Assembly: GCA_963803805.1 (NCBI GenBank)
Contig: CAWDOD010000010.1
Span: 352,001-416,000 of the forward strand
Direction: 5' to 3'
Length of the DNA stretch: 64,000 bases
Origin: an uncultured cyanobacterium
Lineage (GTDB): Bacteria; Cyanobacteriota; Cyanobacteriia; Cyanobacteriales; CAWCAG01
Of the stretch, positions 39,877 through 49,882 are shown piece after piece (the first letter of the stretch is position 1; the number at the start of each line of letters is the position of its first letter). Under the pieces are notes generated by a model. That model ran no database searches. It had not been told where the DNA came from and saw only the letters and a program-made list of their open reading frames with translations. The translations under genes and the position numbers were made by a program.

Positions 39877-41610
39877 ATGCAACCTGTTGACTTTACTACT
39901 CTTATCGCTACTTGTTCGGAATTGCGTCGCCATTGGCTTCCTGCCCGTTTAGAACAAGTTTATCAGCGCGATCGCTATACCATTGCTGTGGCTTTACGTA
40001 CTTTGGAAGGACGGGGCTGGTTAACGATTTGTTGGCATCCTCAAGGGGCGAGAGTTTGTCTTGGTGATCCTCCTCCTCGTACTCCTGACACCTTTACTTT
40101 TAGCGATCAACTACGCCATCAATTGGGAGGGTTTGCTTTGACGAAAATAGAAGTTATTGCCCCTTGGGAGAGGGTTTTAGATTTGCAATTTGCGAAACGT
40201 CCGGGAGAAGATCCCCTTTGGCATCTTTATGTAGAAATTATTGGTAAGTATAGCAATGTTATCCTCACCGATGCTAAAAACCTTATTGTTACCGTTGCCC
40301 ATCAAGTTAGCCAACAACAATCTAGTGTTCGTACTATCCAAACGGGACAACCTTACGAATTTCCCCCAGTTTTAACAGGTACTTTCCCCAGTTTAAAAGA
40401 ATCCCAGGCTTCCTGGCAAGAAAGAGTTAATTTGATACCAGGAACTCTCAAAAGCCAGTTGATGAAGAGTTATCGCGGTTTAAGCCCCCGCATTGCCCAA
40501 TCAATAATTCAAGTAGCAGGGTTAGATCCTCAACAATCTAATCAAAGTTTGTCAATTACGGATTGGCAAACTCTGTTTCAATTTTGGCAGCGATGGTTAA
40601 TCATTCTGGAAAAAGAACAGTTTGAACCGGGTTGGACTGAGGATGGTTATACCGTTTTGGGTTGGAATATAATCAAACCAAGCAAAGATGTCCAAACTTT
40701 ACTAAATCGCTATTATACCGACGCACTTAACCAACAAGTTTTCCAGCAGTTGCACCACCAACTAACTCAAAAGATCACTAATCTTTTAAAGAAGTTACGC
40801 CAAAAAGCCCAAACTTTTCAACAACGATTAGGACAATCTGACGAAGCAGATCGATATCGCTACCAAGCTGATTTGGTTATGGCACATCTTCAGCAATGGC
40901 AACCGGGAATGAAGATGATGGAATTGACTGACTTTGAGACGGGAAAGCCTGTGAAGATTGCGTTTAATCCGGAAAAAAATGCTGTACAAAATGCTCAAGC
41001 TTTGTATAAACGCCACCAAAAACTAAAACGTACCCGGCAGGCAGTAGAACCCTTATTAAAGGAAGTGGCAGGGGAAATTGCTTACCTAGAACAAATCGAA
41101 GATGCCTTGCAACAATCGGCTAAATATAATCATCCTCAAGACTTAAAAACTTTAGAAGAGATTCGCGAAGAACTTATTGAACAAAAATACCTCGCTTCTA
41201 AACAATATAGCCGTAGTAGCAAAGATGATTCTCAACCCTACCGCTATGTTTCTCCTGGTGGTTATGAAATTTTAATTGGACGTAATAATCGCCAAAATGA
41301 TATTTTAACCTTCCGTACTGCTGTGGATTACGATTTGTGGTTCCATACCCAAGAAATACCCGGCAGCCATGTATTATTACGCTTGGAACCAGGGGCTGTT
41401 GCCCAAGACGTGGATTTACAGTTTACTGCTAACTTAGCAACCTATTATAGTCGCGCCCGGAATAGTGATTCTGCTCCTGTAGTATATACTGAGCCTAAAA
41501 ATGTTTATAAACCCAAAGGGGCAAAACCAGGAATGGCTATTTATAAACAAGAACGCATCATCTGGGGTCATCCGCAAGAAGCGATTAGCTATCTAAAAGA
41601 GGATCGCTAG
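39877..41610 (+). CDS. rqcH: NFACT / RqcH (Rqc2) ribosome quality-control protein
   Basis: MQPVDFTTL, ERVL, EIIGKYSN, IGRNNRQND, WFHTQEIPGSHV, KPKGAKPG. Confidence 0.88.
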   Translation: MQPVDFTTLIATCSELRRHWLPARLEQVYQRDRYTIAVALRTLEGRGWLTICWHPQGARVCLGDPPPRTPDTFTFSDQLRHQLGGFALTKIEVIAPWERVLDLQFAKRPGEDPLWHLYVEIIGKYSNVILTDAKNLIVTVAHQVSQQQSSVRTIQTGQPYEFPPVLTGTFPSLKESQASWQERVNLIPGTLKSQLMKSYRGLSPRIAQSIIQVAGLDPQQSNQSLSITDWQTLFQFWQRWLIILEKEQFEPGWTEDGYTVLGWNIIKPSKDVQTLLNRYYTDALNQQVFQQLHHQLTQKITNLLKKLRQKAQTFQQRLGQSDEADRYRYQADLVMAHLQQWQPGMKMMELTDFETGKPVKIAFNPEKNAVQNAQALYKRHQKLKRTRQAVEPLLKEVAGEIAYLEQIEDALQQSAKYNHPQDLKTLEEIREELIEQKYLASKQYSRSSKDDSQPYRYVSPGGYEILIGRNNRQNDILTFRTAVDYDLWFHTQEIPGSHVLLRLEPGAVAQDVDLQFTANLATYYSRARNSDSAPVVYTEPKNVYKPKGAKPGMAIYKQERIIWGHPQEAISYLKEDR

Positions 41611-41738
41611 AAAGATGATTTAAGCTAATTAGGCAAGTCTGTACCTTCTGTTACAATAAATATTAAGAAATCTTACTAGCCTGCGCCTGGGAACGCAAAA
41701 GCTTGGATTTCCAACAATTAAGCGACAATATTTTTTTT

Positions 41739-41768
41739 GCCAGTAGTTGGGACTACTGGCTTTTTTTT
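41739..41768 (+). terminator. Intrinsic terminator
   Basis: GCCAGTAGT-TGGG-ACTACTGGC followed by T8. Confidence 0.85.
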
Positions 41769-41848
41769 ATTGCTATTTGCTAGTTGCTAGTTGCCTCTCC
41801 CTATTTCCCTATTTCCCTACCTCTCTACCTCCCCCATCAAGGGAAACT

Positions 41849-42454
41849 CTAGTCATCAATCGCCGCAGTTAATACTTCTATCAAACTCATATCTGCCATA
41901 TCATCCATTGTCACGGTATCGCAAATATCGAACTTAGCCCCTACTCCTTCTAGATCATCATCTAAGGCTTTGAGAAACTTTGTGGCACTCGCATCATTAC
42001 CAACTTGGATAAAAGAAACGGCCAACTCTTCATCTTTTTCCATTTTGCGAGTAGCATCAATGATAGTTTCTATAACGGCACGAAGGTTATCAGGGCTACC
42101 ATCAGTGACAACTAAAATTGTTTCACCATTAGGTTTAGTTTGGCCGTTAGCTTTGCGTTGAAAATAACTTTTAAAAGCGTCGTTGAGGACAGCAGCAAGA
42201 TTGGTAGTACCAACAGGATCATTTTCTAAAAAGATTTCCTCAACCTTATCAGCAGTAACGTCGTCGTAGCGTTTAAAGCGACTGGAAAATAGGTAGACAG
42301 TGATGCCATCAGGGTCAAATCTTTCACATTTACGGGCTAGGGCAAGGGTTGATTCTTCTGCTAACTGCCAGCGAGTCATGCCATTTTCAGTTTTAACAGA
42401 CATACTCCCGCTTTTATCGAGAATTAGGGTATAGTCACGGTCTTTCACTAACAT
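41849..42454 (-). CDS. Stand-alone vWA domain protein
   Basis: ILDKSGSM, DPDG, VVTDG, FLKALDD. Confidence 0.88.
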   Translation of the reverse strand: MLVKDRDYTLILDKSGSMSVKTENGMTRWQLAEESTLALARKCERFDPDGITVYLFSSRFKRYDDVTADKVEEIFLENDPVGTTNLAAVLNDAFKSYFQRKANGQTKPNGETILVVTDGSPDNLRAVIETIIDATRKMEKDEELAVSFIQVGNDASATKFLKALDDDLEGVGAKFDICDTVTMDDMADMSLIEVLTAAIDD

Positions 42455-42583
42455 TGCCTCTACACTATCTAAATTTTTACCGATTACTTAGCTACCACGT
42501 ATTTAAACGACATATCATCAATATGATTGGTACAAGCTAAAGTATTTAAGTTCAACTTATTACTTATTACTTAAGGCGGTTGG

Positions 42584-42952
42584 CTATGGGTTCAAAGCAT
42601 GGGCTTTTAAGTCTGCTAAACTCACATACTCCAAAGCTAAAGCATGGGTTGATTCTAATAGTACTGCTGGGGCAACACCCGCTTCAAGGGCTTCTTGCCA
42701 ACGTGAAGCACATAAACACCAGCGATCGCCTGGTTTAAGTCCGGGAAATTGGTATCCGGGATTAGGAGTACTAAGATCATTACCCTTTGCTTTGGAAAAT
42801 TCTAAAAACTCTTGGGTAACTTGGGCGCAAACAATATGTGCGCCCATGTCTCCGGAACCAGTATTACAAATACCGTCGCGATAAAATCCTGTCATCGGAG
42901 AGGTACAACATACCTGTAGATCGCTGCCTAAAACATTTGTCGCTGAAGCCAT
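42584..42952 (-). CDS. DUF2237 family protein
   Basis: TGFYRDG, GNDLSTP, FPGLKPGDRWCLCASRW. Confidence 0.9.
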   Translation of the reverse strand: MASATNVLGSDLQVCCTSPMTGFYRDGICNTGSGDMGAHIVCAQVTQEFLEFSKAKGNDLSTPNPGYQFPGLKPGDRWCLCASRWQEALEAGVAPAVLLESTHALALEYVSLADLKAHALNP

Positions 42953-43138
42953 AATATCAAATTTGCTCTTATTACTTACGATAAATTTAGAGAAGTAGAG
43001 AGATGGGGAAGCCCAGAGGTAGGTAGTCTTTGCAACTATTATTTTTGTCTAACTTATCATCAGGATTGGAGATAACTGACCTACCGCACAACCCTCTTGA
43101 TAAATAATAAATGTTAAATGTTGAACGGTAAATGTTAA

Positions 43139-44083
43139 ATGTTAAATGTTAAAGTGCAAATTTTGCTGATTATCCTAGCTATTGGTATTGGCTTAGTTGC
43201 AATCACCGAAATTGCTTTACGGTTGCTGTTTGGTTTTGGCAATCCTCCCCTTTATATTGCTGATGAGGAAATTGGTTATTTACTAGCCCCCAAACAAAAG
43301 TTACGACGCATGGGTAACTACATTGAGATTAATGACTATTCTATGCGTAGTGGAGAGGTTGTTCCAAAACCACCTCAGAATAGCCTGAGATTACTTTTAC
43401 TAGGAGATTCCGTCGCTAATGGGGGGTGGTGGACTGACCAAAAAAACACCATTTCTGCTTTAATTAGAGAGCAACTAGCTTCTCTTGATACAAACCAAGA
43501 AATTGAAGTCCTCAATGCTTCAGCGAATTCCTGGGGACCACGTAATCAACTAGCTTATTTACAGAAGTTTGGTACATTTGAATCCCAAGTCTTAATCCTC
43601 TTAATTAACACAGACGATCTTTTTGCCACAGCCCCTACCTCATTACCCGTAGGGCGCGATTCCAATTACCCCAATCAAAAGCCTCCTTTAGCTTTAATTG
43701 AAGTCTACAACCGCTACATCACCTCTCCCCAACCTATTCCTGGCATGGCAGAAGTGCAAAAAGAAGGAGGCGATCGCGTCGGTTTTAATTTAGAAGCGAT
43801 CGCGAAAATCAAAAATCTTAGGGATGAAAAAGGCTCAAAGTTTATTTTAGCCATGACTCCTTTATTAAGAGAATTAGGAGATAATGGGCCGAGAGATTAT
43901 GAAGTAAAAGCGAGGGAACGCTTGTTAGAATTTACTAAATTACAAAATATTGAATACATTGATTTTTTATCTCTATTTAATCAAGTAAAGTCTCCAAATT
44001 CTCTTTATCGAGATCATATTCATCTTAGCGTTTTAGGGAATGAGTTAGTAAGTGAAACTATTTCTCAAACAATTAAAAAATAG
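43139..44083 (+). CDS. SGNH/GDSL hydrolase family protein
   Basis: LLGDS, NASANSW, DHIH; N-terminal TM; start uncertain because it lies in an AAATGTT repeat. Confidence 0.85.
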   Translation: MLNVKVQILLIILAIGIGLVAITEIALRLLFGFGNPPLYIADEEIGYLLAPKQKLRRMGNYIEINDYSMRSGEVVPKPPQNSLRLLLLGDSVANGGWWTDQKNTISALIREQLASLDTNQEIEVLNASANSWGPRNQLAYLQKFGTFESQVLILLINTDDLFATAPTSLPVGRDSNYPNQKPPLALIEVYNRYITSPQPIPGMAEVQKEGGDRVGFNLEAIAKIKNLRDEKGSKFILAMTPLLRELGDNGPRDYEVKARERLLEFTKLQNIEYIDFLSLFNQVKSPNSLYRDHIHLSVLGNELVSETISQTIKK

Positions 44084-44098
44084 TGAGGAAATTATTCA

Positions 44099-45305
44099 TT
44101 GAAAGAGTTTGACAAACCCATCCCGTTAGAATGTATCAATATCATTAAAAAGACTAGAGCAAATCTATTTGCTTGGCGTGGTCAGTTTTCACCTCAGCTT
44201 ATTGAAGTTATATTAGAATTCTACTGTCTTCCTAATTCAGTTATTCTTGACCCATTTGTAGGTAGTGGAACTGTTTTGTTAGAAGCAGGAAATTTAGGTT
44301 TTGAAGCATATGGCTTTGAAGCCAATCCTGCCGCTTGGATTTTAAGTAGAACTTATGAACTTATCAATAATACTCAGCGTAGAAAAAATATTCAGAGAGT
44401 AAGAGAAAGAATAGACTCGAAATTCCCTTTTAAAATCTTTGATAATAATACTAAAGTAGATGGTTTAGCTGAAATTATTAGAGAAATTAAACAAGATTTA
44501 GATGAAGAGTCAAGAAAAGTCTTAGAAACTTTCGTGATTTTGCTCGATTCTTGACAAAAATGAGATTACTAATGAATTTATACAGGCTAAATTTTATAAT
44601 TTAGTCAATCTTATAGAGCAACTACCCTTATCTGAAAAGCAAATTAAGGTAGGCTTATCTGACGCACGCTCTCTACCACTTAAAGATAATCAAGTGGATT
44701 TTGTCCTAACTTCACCACCATACATAAATGTATTTAACTATCATCAAAACTATCGGAAATCTGCTGAGCTTTTAGGATGGAATTTGTTGAAAATTGCCAA
44801 ATCAGAAATTGGCTCCAATAGAGCTAATAGAGGAAATCGTTTTTACACTGTAGTACAATACTGTTTAGATATAGCTGAGACTCTTAGAGAAATTGCTAGA
44901 GTAAGCACAACAAATGGTCGAATTGTTTTGATTGTAGGACATCAATCAAATGTTCTTGGAGTCCCTTTTTACAATGCTGATATTATTGATGAAATTGGGA
45001 CTAAATCTGGTCTTTTTGTTAAATTAATTAGGCAAAAGAGGGAGTTCAAAAACAAGTTTGGTAAAATTATTAGAGAAGATATAATTAATTTTGTAAACAT
45101 TAATGATCAGTATTGTAAAAAAAAATTAGAAAATACAGCTAGAGAAGTTGCACTAGATGTATTAAAGAGCAATTTTTCATTAGTCTCTACTAAGAATCGT
45201 ACATACTTAAAAGCAGCAATTAACAAAGTTCAGGATATTAGAAAAACAGCTATTTTAGCTCAAGACCACTCAACTTACCTTTTACAAAAACATCCCTCTT
45301 CGTAA
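44099..45305 (+). CDS. Amino (probably N4-cytosine) DNA methyltransferase, split by a +1 frameshift near 44549
   Basis: DPFVGSGT (motif I) in the first ORF, TSPPY (motif IV) in the second; removing one T from GATTCTTGAC joins them in one open frame. Confidence 0.85.
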
Positions 45306-45335
45306 GTCCCACTTATTTTTGCCTTTACTCAATCA

Positions 45336-46247
45336 ATGCCCGAACTTTCTCATCCTCATTACCAAAAACTAATAGCTTGCTTAAGTAATCGTCGGCTTCC
45401 TGAAGCTGATAAGAAAAGATTAGAAGAAGCAGTAATTCGTTACCATCAGTGGATTGCCATCCTTGAGAGAATTGAGCGTGGCCAAACAGACACAGTAAGA
45501 CAAATGGTTGAAGCTACTAATGACTATAAACGATTTATTGAACTAGATTTAATATTTGATAGTCCCGAAAACTTTTTGTATCGTCAAAAAGGGCAACTAA
45601 AGCTAGATAATACAATTTTAGAAGAGTTTTTACCTCAATTAGTTTTTCGCAGTTTAAGAAGAATAGATAATTCTTTTGAGTTAGGTCCGAGAAAAACGTT
45701 CTCAGGGCTTAGTTTTTTGTCTTCAATTGGGAACCCAGGACAGGGTGGCGAAGCTGTTGTAAAATCAAAAGATCAAGATTTTATACTTGGTAAAAAGCTC
45801 TACCTAAAATCATCCTTCGATGCAGAATTTAAAGATTATAAGCTAATTAAATCGCATTTAGGATATGTCTGTGCTGAATGTAAAACAAATTTAGATAAAA
45901 CCATGTTTCAGGAAGCTGTTGCTACCAGTAGAGATTTGAAGGTTGCTGTTCCTGGTTCGTTATATTTCCTAATCTGTGAATTTCTTGATATGACACCAGT
46001 ATCAATAGTTTCAACTCAGATTGACGATGTTTTAATTGTACGTAAGACTAAGCGTATGTCATCGAATATTAGACAAGAGTATAGAACACCGGAGGAAAGA
46101 AAACTTCGCCGACAGGAATATATTGACTTCTTGGATTCTTCTAAATATTACCCTGATGTTTTTCAAAGGATGATTGACAAAATTCAAGTTGTAATTGATG
46201 ATGCAAATCCATCAATACACAGGGTTCTTGAAGATGGACATTTCTAG
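45336..46247 (+). CDS. Type II restriction endonuclease, Bpu10I-like family
   Basis: LYRQKGQLKLDNTILEEF, DQDF, AECKTNLDKTMFQEA (PD-(D/E)xK); next to an MTase. Confidence 0.85.
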   Translation: MPELSHPHYQKLIACLSNRRLPEADKKRLEEAVIRYHQWIAILERIERGQTDTVRQMVEATNDYKRFIELDLIFDSPENFLYRQKGQLKLDNTILEEFLPQLVFRSLRRIDNSFELGPRKTFSGLSFLSSIGNPGQGGEAVVKSKDQDFILGKKLYLKSSFDAEFKDYKLIKSHLGYVCAECKTNLDKTMFQEAVATSRDLKVAVPGSLYFLICEFLDMTPVSIVSTQIDDVLIVRKTKRMSSNIRQEYRTPEERKLRRQEYIDFLDSSKYYPDVFQRMIDKIQVVIDDANPSIHRVLEDGHF

Positions 46248-46326
46248 ATTATATCTCTTATATTCAGAAGCTCTTTGAGATTAGACAAATCTTTTACCAC
46301 ACACTAACACAATACACAAATAAACT

Positions 46327-47118
46327 ATGTGCCGAATATTAGGCTATCTTGGTTCACCTTTAAAATTAGAAAAAATTCTTTCTCAACCAGAACATTCCTT
46401 AATTGTTCAAAGTTATCAACCCCAGGAAATGATTTCGGCAACAGTTAATGCTGATGGTTTTGGCATTGGTTGGTATCATCCCAACCAAGATACTACTACT
46501 CCTTTTACTTACAAAAACATCTTACCTATTTGGAGTGATATTAACTTACCCCATCTTAGTCGCTATATAGAGTCAGGATGTGTTTTAGGTTATGTACGTA
46601 GTGCTACGGCTGGTTTAGCAGTAGATTTTAGTAATTGTCAACCTTTTAGCCAAGAAAAACTTCTTTTCTTACACAACGGTTTTATTCATAACTTTCGCCA
46701 TAGTTTATATCGCCAGATTAGGAATTGTTTAAATGATTATAGTTATGAATTAATTGATGGCAATACTGATTCAGAACATATTTTTGCTTTAATCATTAAT
46801 CATTTGCAACTTAATCCAGAAATGAGTTTGGAAACAGCTTTAGATAAAACTCTCCATCAACTCAATGAGTTAGCAAGCCATCCTAAAGTTCTTTTTTCTG
46901 CTAATGTTCTTATTTCCACAGGGAAAAAATTAGTTGCTTCCCGTTATGCAAATCGTTCCCCCGCCCCTTCTTTATATTGGCTAAAAAATGATCCTCATTA
47001 TCCCGATGCGGTGATTATTGCTTCTGAACCCCTATTTGCAGGAAACTGGAAGAGTTGTCCAGAACAAAGCCTGATTATTGTCGAGGAAAATCTTGAAGTT
47101 ACTATCCATCAACTCTAA
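46327..47118 (+). CDS. egtC: Ergothioneine biosynthesis amidohydrolase EgtC
   Basis: N-terminal MCR (Ntn Cys), NADGFGIGWY, RSAT, HNG, TDSE. Confidence 0.9.
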   Translation: MCRILGYLGSPLKLEKILSQPEHSLIVQSYQPQEMISATVNADGFGIGWYHPNQDTTTPFTYKNILPIWSDINLPHLSRYIESGCVLGYVRSATAGLAVDFSNCQPFSQEKLLFLHNGFIHNFRHSLYRQIRNCLNDYSYELIDGNTDSEHIFALIINHLQLNPEMSLETALDKTLHQLNELASHPKVLFSANVLISTGKKLVASRYANRSPAPSLYWLKNDPHYPDAVIIASEPLFAGNWKSCPEQSLIIVEENLEVTIHQL

Positions 47119-48331
47119 ACGAGAAGTTATTAGGGAAGCTTTGCAGCAAAGTCGCAGCAGTACCCTAGATTTATTTACTAACCTTGATGCCAAAACTTTT
47201 TGTCAACAGGCACACGGAGATTTTAGCCCTGTGGGTTGGCATTTAGGACATATTGCTTATACAGAAGCTTATTGGATTTTGTCAGGTTGTGGCGGTTTGC
47301 CGACTCTGTTTCCTCAATATCAGCGACTATTTGCTGCTGATGGTTTACCAAAAGTAGAACGGCAGAATTTACCAAGTTACGATGTTATTAAAGATTATTT
47401 GGATACCATTAGGGAAAAGGTTTTAGTTTATTTAACCACAGCCCCTTTAGAAGAGGAAGAACGTCTTTGGCATTGGTTAATTCAACACGAAAGTCAACAT
47501 AATGAAACCATCAGTTTCATCTTACAAATGTTGCGAGGTGGTGATTATTATCCTGTTAAATCAGATTCTCAAAGAGAAAGTTTTCCTTCTTCGATGGTGA
47601 AAATTCCTGGAGGAAGTTTTATCATGGGAAGTAATTGCCTTGAAGCCCAGGATAATGAACGTCCTGCTCAAGAAGTTTGTTTAGATAGTTATTGGATTGA
47701 TACTTATCCTGTTACTTGTAGCCAATACCAAGAATTTATCAACGCAGGTGGCTATCAAAACTCTCGATGGTGGTCTAAACTTGGTTGGCAATGGTTACAA
47801 ACAAATCCGGTTAATCAACCTTTATACTGGTCTGATGGGCTAAAAAATAGCATTCGCCCGGTTTGTGGTGTCAGTTGGTATGAAGCTGATGCTTATGCCC
47901 GTTTTGTAGGTAAAAGATTACCTACAGAAGCAGAATGGGAAAAAGCGGCTATAGGAAATAGTAATACAGGAGAAAAAGCAATTTATCCTTGGGGTGAAGA
48001 TTTTCCGCAACCCCAAAGATGTAATCACAATAACTTGGTGGGAGAAACTACTCCTGTTAATGCTTATCTTCCAGGTAGAAGTAGGTTTGGTTGTTATGAT
48101 TTGTTGGGTAATGTTTGGGAGTGGACTAATACTTGGTTCGATGGTTATGAAGGTTTTACTGGCTATCCTTACCCAGGTTATTCCCAAGCCTATTTTGATG
48201 GGCAACACCGAGTTTTAAAAGGAGGAAGTTGGGCAACTCGTCCCTGGGCTTTACGCGCTAGTTTCCGCAACTGGTATTATCCAAATGTGAGGCAGATTTT
48301 AGCGGGTTTTCGCTGTGCCAAGGATAACTAA
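47078..48331 (+). CDS. egtB: Ergothioneine sulfoxide synthase EgtB (DinB + FGE-sulfatase domains)
   Basis: SPVGWHLGH, QHESQH, RLPTEAEWE, GNVWEW, GFRC; start approximate. Confidence 0.87.
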   Translation: MSRKILKLLSINSKREVIREALQQSRSSTLDLFTNLDAKTFCQQAHGDFSPVGWHLGHIAYTEAYWILSGCGGLPTLFPQYQRLFAADGLPKVERQNLPSYDVIKDYLDTIREKVLVYLTTAPLEEEERLWHWLIQHESQHNETISFILQMLRGGDYYPVKSDSQRESFPSSMVKIPGGSFIMGSNCLEAQDNERPAQEVCLDSYWIDTYPVTCSQYQEFINAGGYQNSRWWSKLGWQWLQTNPVNQPLYWSDGLKNSIRPVCGVSWYEADAYARFVGKRLPTEAEWEKAAIGNSNTGEKAIYPWGEDFPQPQRCNHNNLVGETTPVNAYLPGRSRFGCYDLLGNVWEWTNTWFDGYEGFTGYPYPGYSQAYFDGQHRVLKGGSWATRPWALRASFRNWYYPNVRQILAGFRCAKDN

Positions 48332-48400
48332 ATTTGCTTTTCTTCTACCTTTGTTTGGGAGGTAATTCTTGATTAGCAATCAAATAGATTTAATTTGAGT

Positions 48401-48633
48401 ATGCCAGCTAAAGACATATTTCATAATACAGTCTAGCTCTTGGTCAATGTCTCAACTACCGTTCAGCATTGAGCTTGACCGAACCTGATCGGATTTTGTA
48501 TTTAGCTATTCCAGTAGATGTTTATGATGAGTTTTTTAGTCGCAGGTTTATTCAAAGAATTATTAGCGAATATAAACTTAAATTACTAGTTTTTAATCCA
48601 GAGCAAGAGGAGATTGTTATATGGGGAGACTAA
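48401..48633 (+). pseudogene. xisH: xisH-family gene with internal deletion
   Basis: MPAKDIFHNTV* followed in another frame by ALGQCLNYRSAL..EPDRILYLAIP...LLVFNPEQEEIVIW; the central nuclease core is missing. Confidence 0.8.
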
Positions 48634-48950
48634 ATTATCAAGAAATAGTCCAAAAAATCTTGGAAATTCATGCCAAAAATCGCTCAAATAGTCAGACAGA
48701 AGTCAAATTATTATTTGACACTGATCGCGATCGCTATCAAGTTATGAATATTGGTTGGCAAGAGCTAAGACGAATATTTGCTTGTCTTATTTATGTAGAA
48801 ATTAAAGATGGTAAAATTTGGATTGAACGCGATGGTACGGAAATCGGAGTTGCTAATGAATTAGTAGAAGCTGGAGTTCCTAAACAAGATATAGTTTTGG
48901 CTTTTAAAGCTCCATACAAACGAAAATTTACTGACTTTGCTGTTAGTTGA
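48621..48950 (+). CDS. xisI: XisI family protein
   Basis: FDTDRDRYQ, GW, IKDGKIWIERDGTE, GVPKQDIVLAF. Confidence 0.92.
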   Translation: MGRLNYQEIVQKILEIHAKNRSNSQTEVKLLFDTDRDRYQVMNIGWQELRRIFACLIYVEIKDGKIWIERDGTEIGVANELVEAGVPKQDIVLAFKAPYKRKFTDFAVS

Positions 48951-48982
48951 AACCTTAGCAATACAATCTAATACCTGATAGC

Positions 48983-49558
48983 TCATTCTTCAGCCTTTGT
49001 TGGTGAAGGCATCAAACTTTCTTGGGCAGAAGCGGTAACAACTCTCGCCCCTTCATAAACTGGTGTGGGCATCTTGTCATTAATCTGCTGCATCAAACTA
49101 GACATTTCTAAAGCATCCATAGCATAACTCCAACCCAAATTACTTTTAATGCCAGCCCTTTCTAACGCTTGCTGCATCGTATCTGTAGTTAAAATACCAA
49201 AAATAACTGGTACTCCGGTTTGAAAACCCACCGCCGCAATGCCTTTCGCTGCTTCGGCTGCTACATAATCGAAGTGAGGGGTTTGTCCTTTGATAATTGC
49301 CCCTAAGCAAATTATGGCATCGTAGCCACCGGATAAAGCTAACTTGCGGGCGACTAAAGCGACTTCAAAACTACCTGGAACCCAAACATAATCAACTTGA
49401 CTACCATGGGGGTTAATATCGATGCCGTGGCGTTTTAAACAATCTTGACAGCCAGATAAAAGTTTGTTGGTAACAAGGTCATTAAAACGAGCAATAACAA
49501 TTGCGAAACGAGCGGGGGAAGAGGTCGTTGGTGCAAAAGTCCCCTCAAAAACTGCCAT
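48983..49558 (-). CDS. ribH: 6,7-dimethyl-8-ribityllumazine synthase
   Basis: [26 protein letters not shown]. Confidence 0.96.
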   Translation of the reverse strand: MAVFEGTFAPTTSSPARFAIVIARFNDLVTNKLLSGCQDCLKRHGIDINPHGSQVDYVWVPGSFEVALVARKLALSGGYDAIICLGAIIKGQTPHFDYVAAEAAKGIAAVGFQTGVPVIFGILTTDTMQQALERAGIKSNLGWSYAMDALEMSSLMQQINDKMPTPVYEGARVVTASAQESLMPSPTKAEE

Positions 49559-49635
49559 AATTTAGACTAAGTAAGGTTAAAAGGTTGTAGGTTGTAGATT
49601 ACCAAAAACTCACAACCAACAACCAAGAGAAAATT

Positions 49636-49824
49636 TTACACTACGAAAAAATTCAGGACTCCCACTACAACCACTAAAATAGTCCAGACACCAGAACCAA
49701 GATAAAGTAGTTTCTTAGATTGATCCCAATATTGAGGAGTAGCATAGGCAACAGGTACGCCGACTACCATAACAAAGGAAAACAAAACTAAAGCAGTAAG
49801 TGCTAATTGAAAAATAATCGTCAT
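49636..49824 (-). CDS. psbZ: Photosystem II protein PsbZ
   Basis: 62 aa, [25 protein letters not shown]. Confidence 0.96.
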   Translation of the reverse strand: MTIIFQLALTALVLFSFVMVVGVPVAYATPQYWDQSKKLLYLGSGVWTILVVVVGVLNFFVV

Positions 49825-49882
49825 TTTATTAATCTCCTAAACAGTCTTAATTTGATTATCTTAAAACTTTTTTTACCATACA

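Noticed and set aside
43108-43152. AAATGTT tandem repeats as a regulatory or phase-variation signal
   Set aside because: Ordinary STRR-like heptamers, similar to others in the window
47078-48331. Selenoneine synthase SenA
   Set aside because: Adjacent to egtC with no senB or selD-like genes; ergothioneine is more parsimonious
48401-48950. fdxN-type excision element
   Set aside because: No XisF-like recombinase and no interrupted target gene
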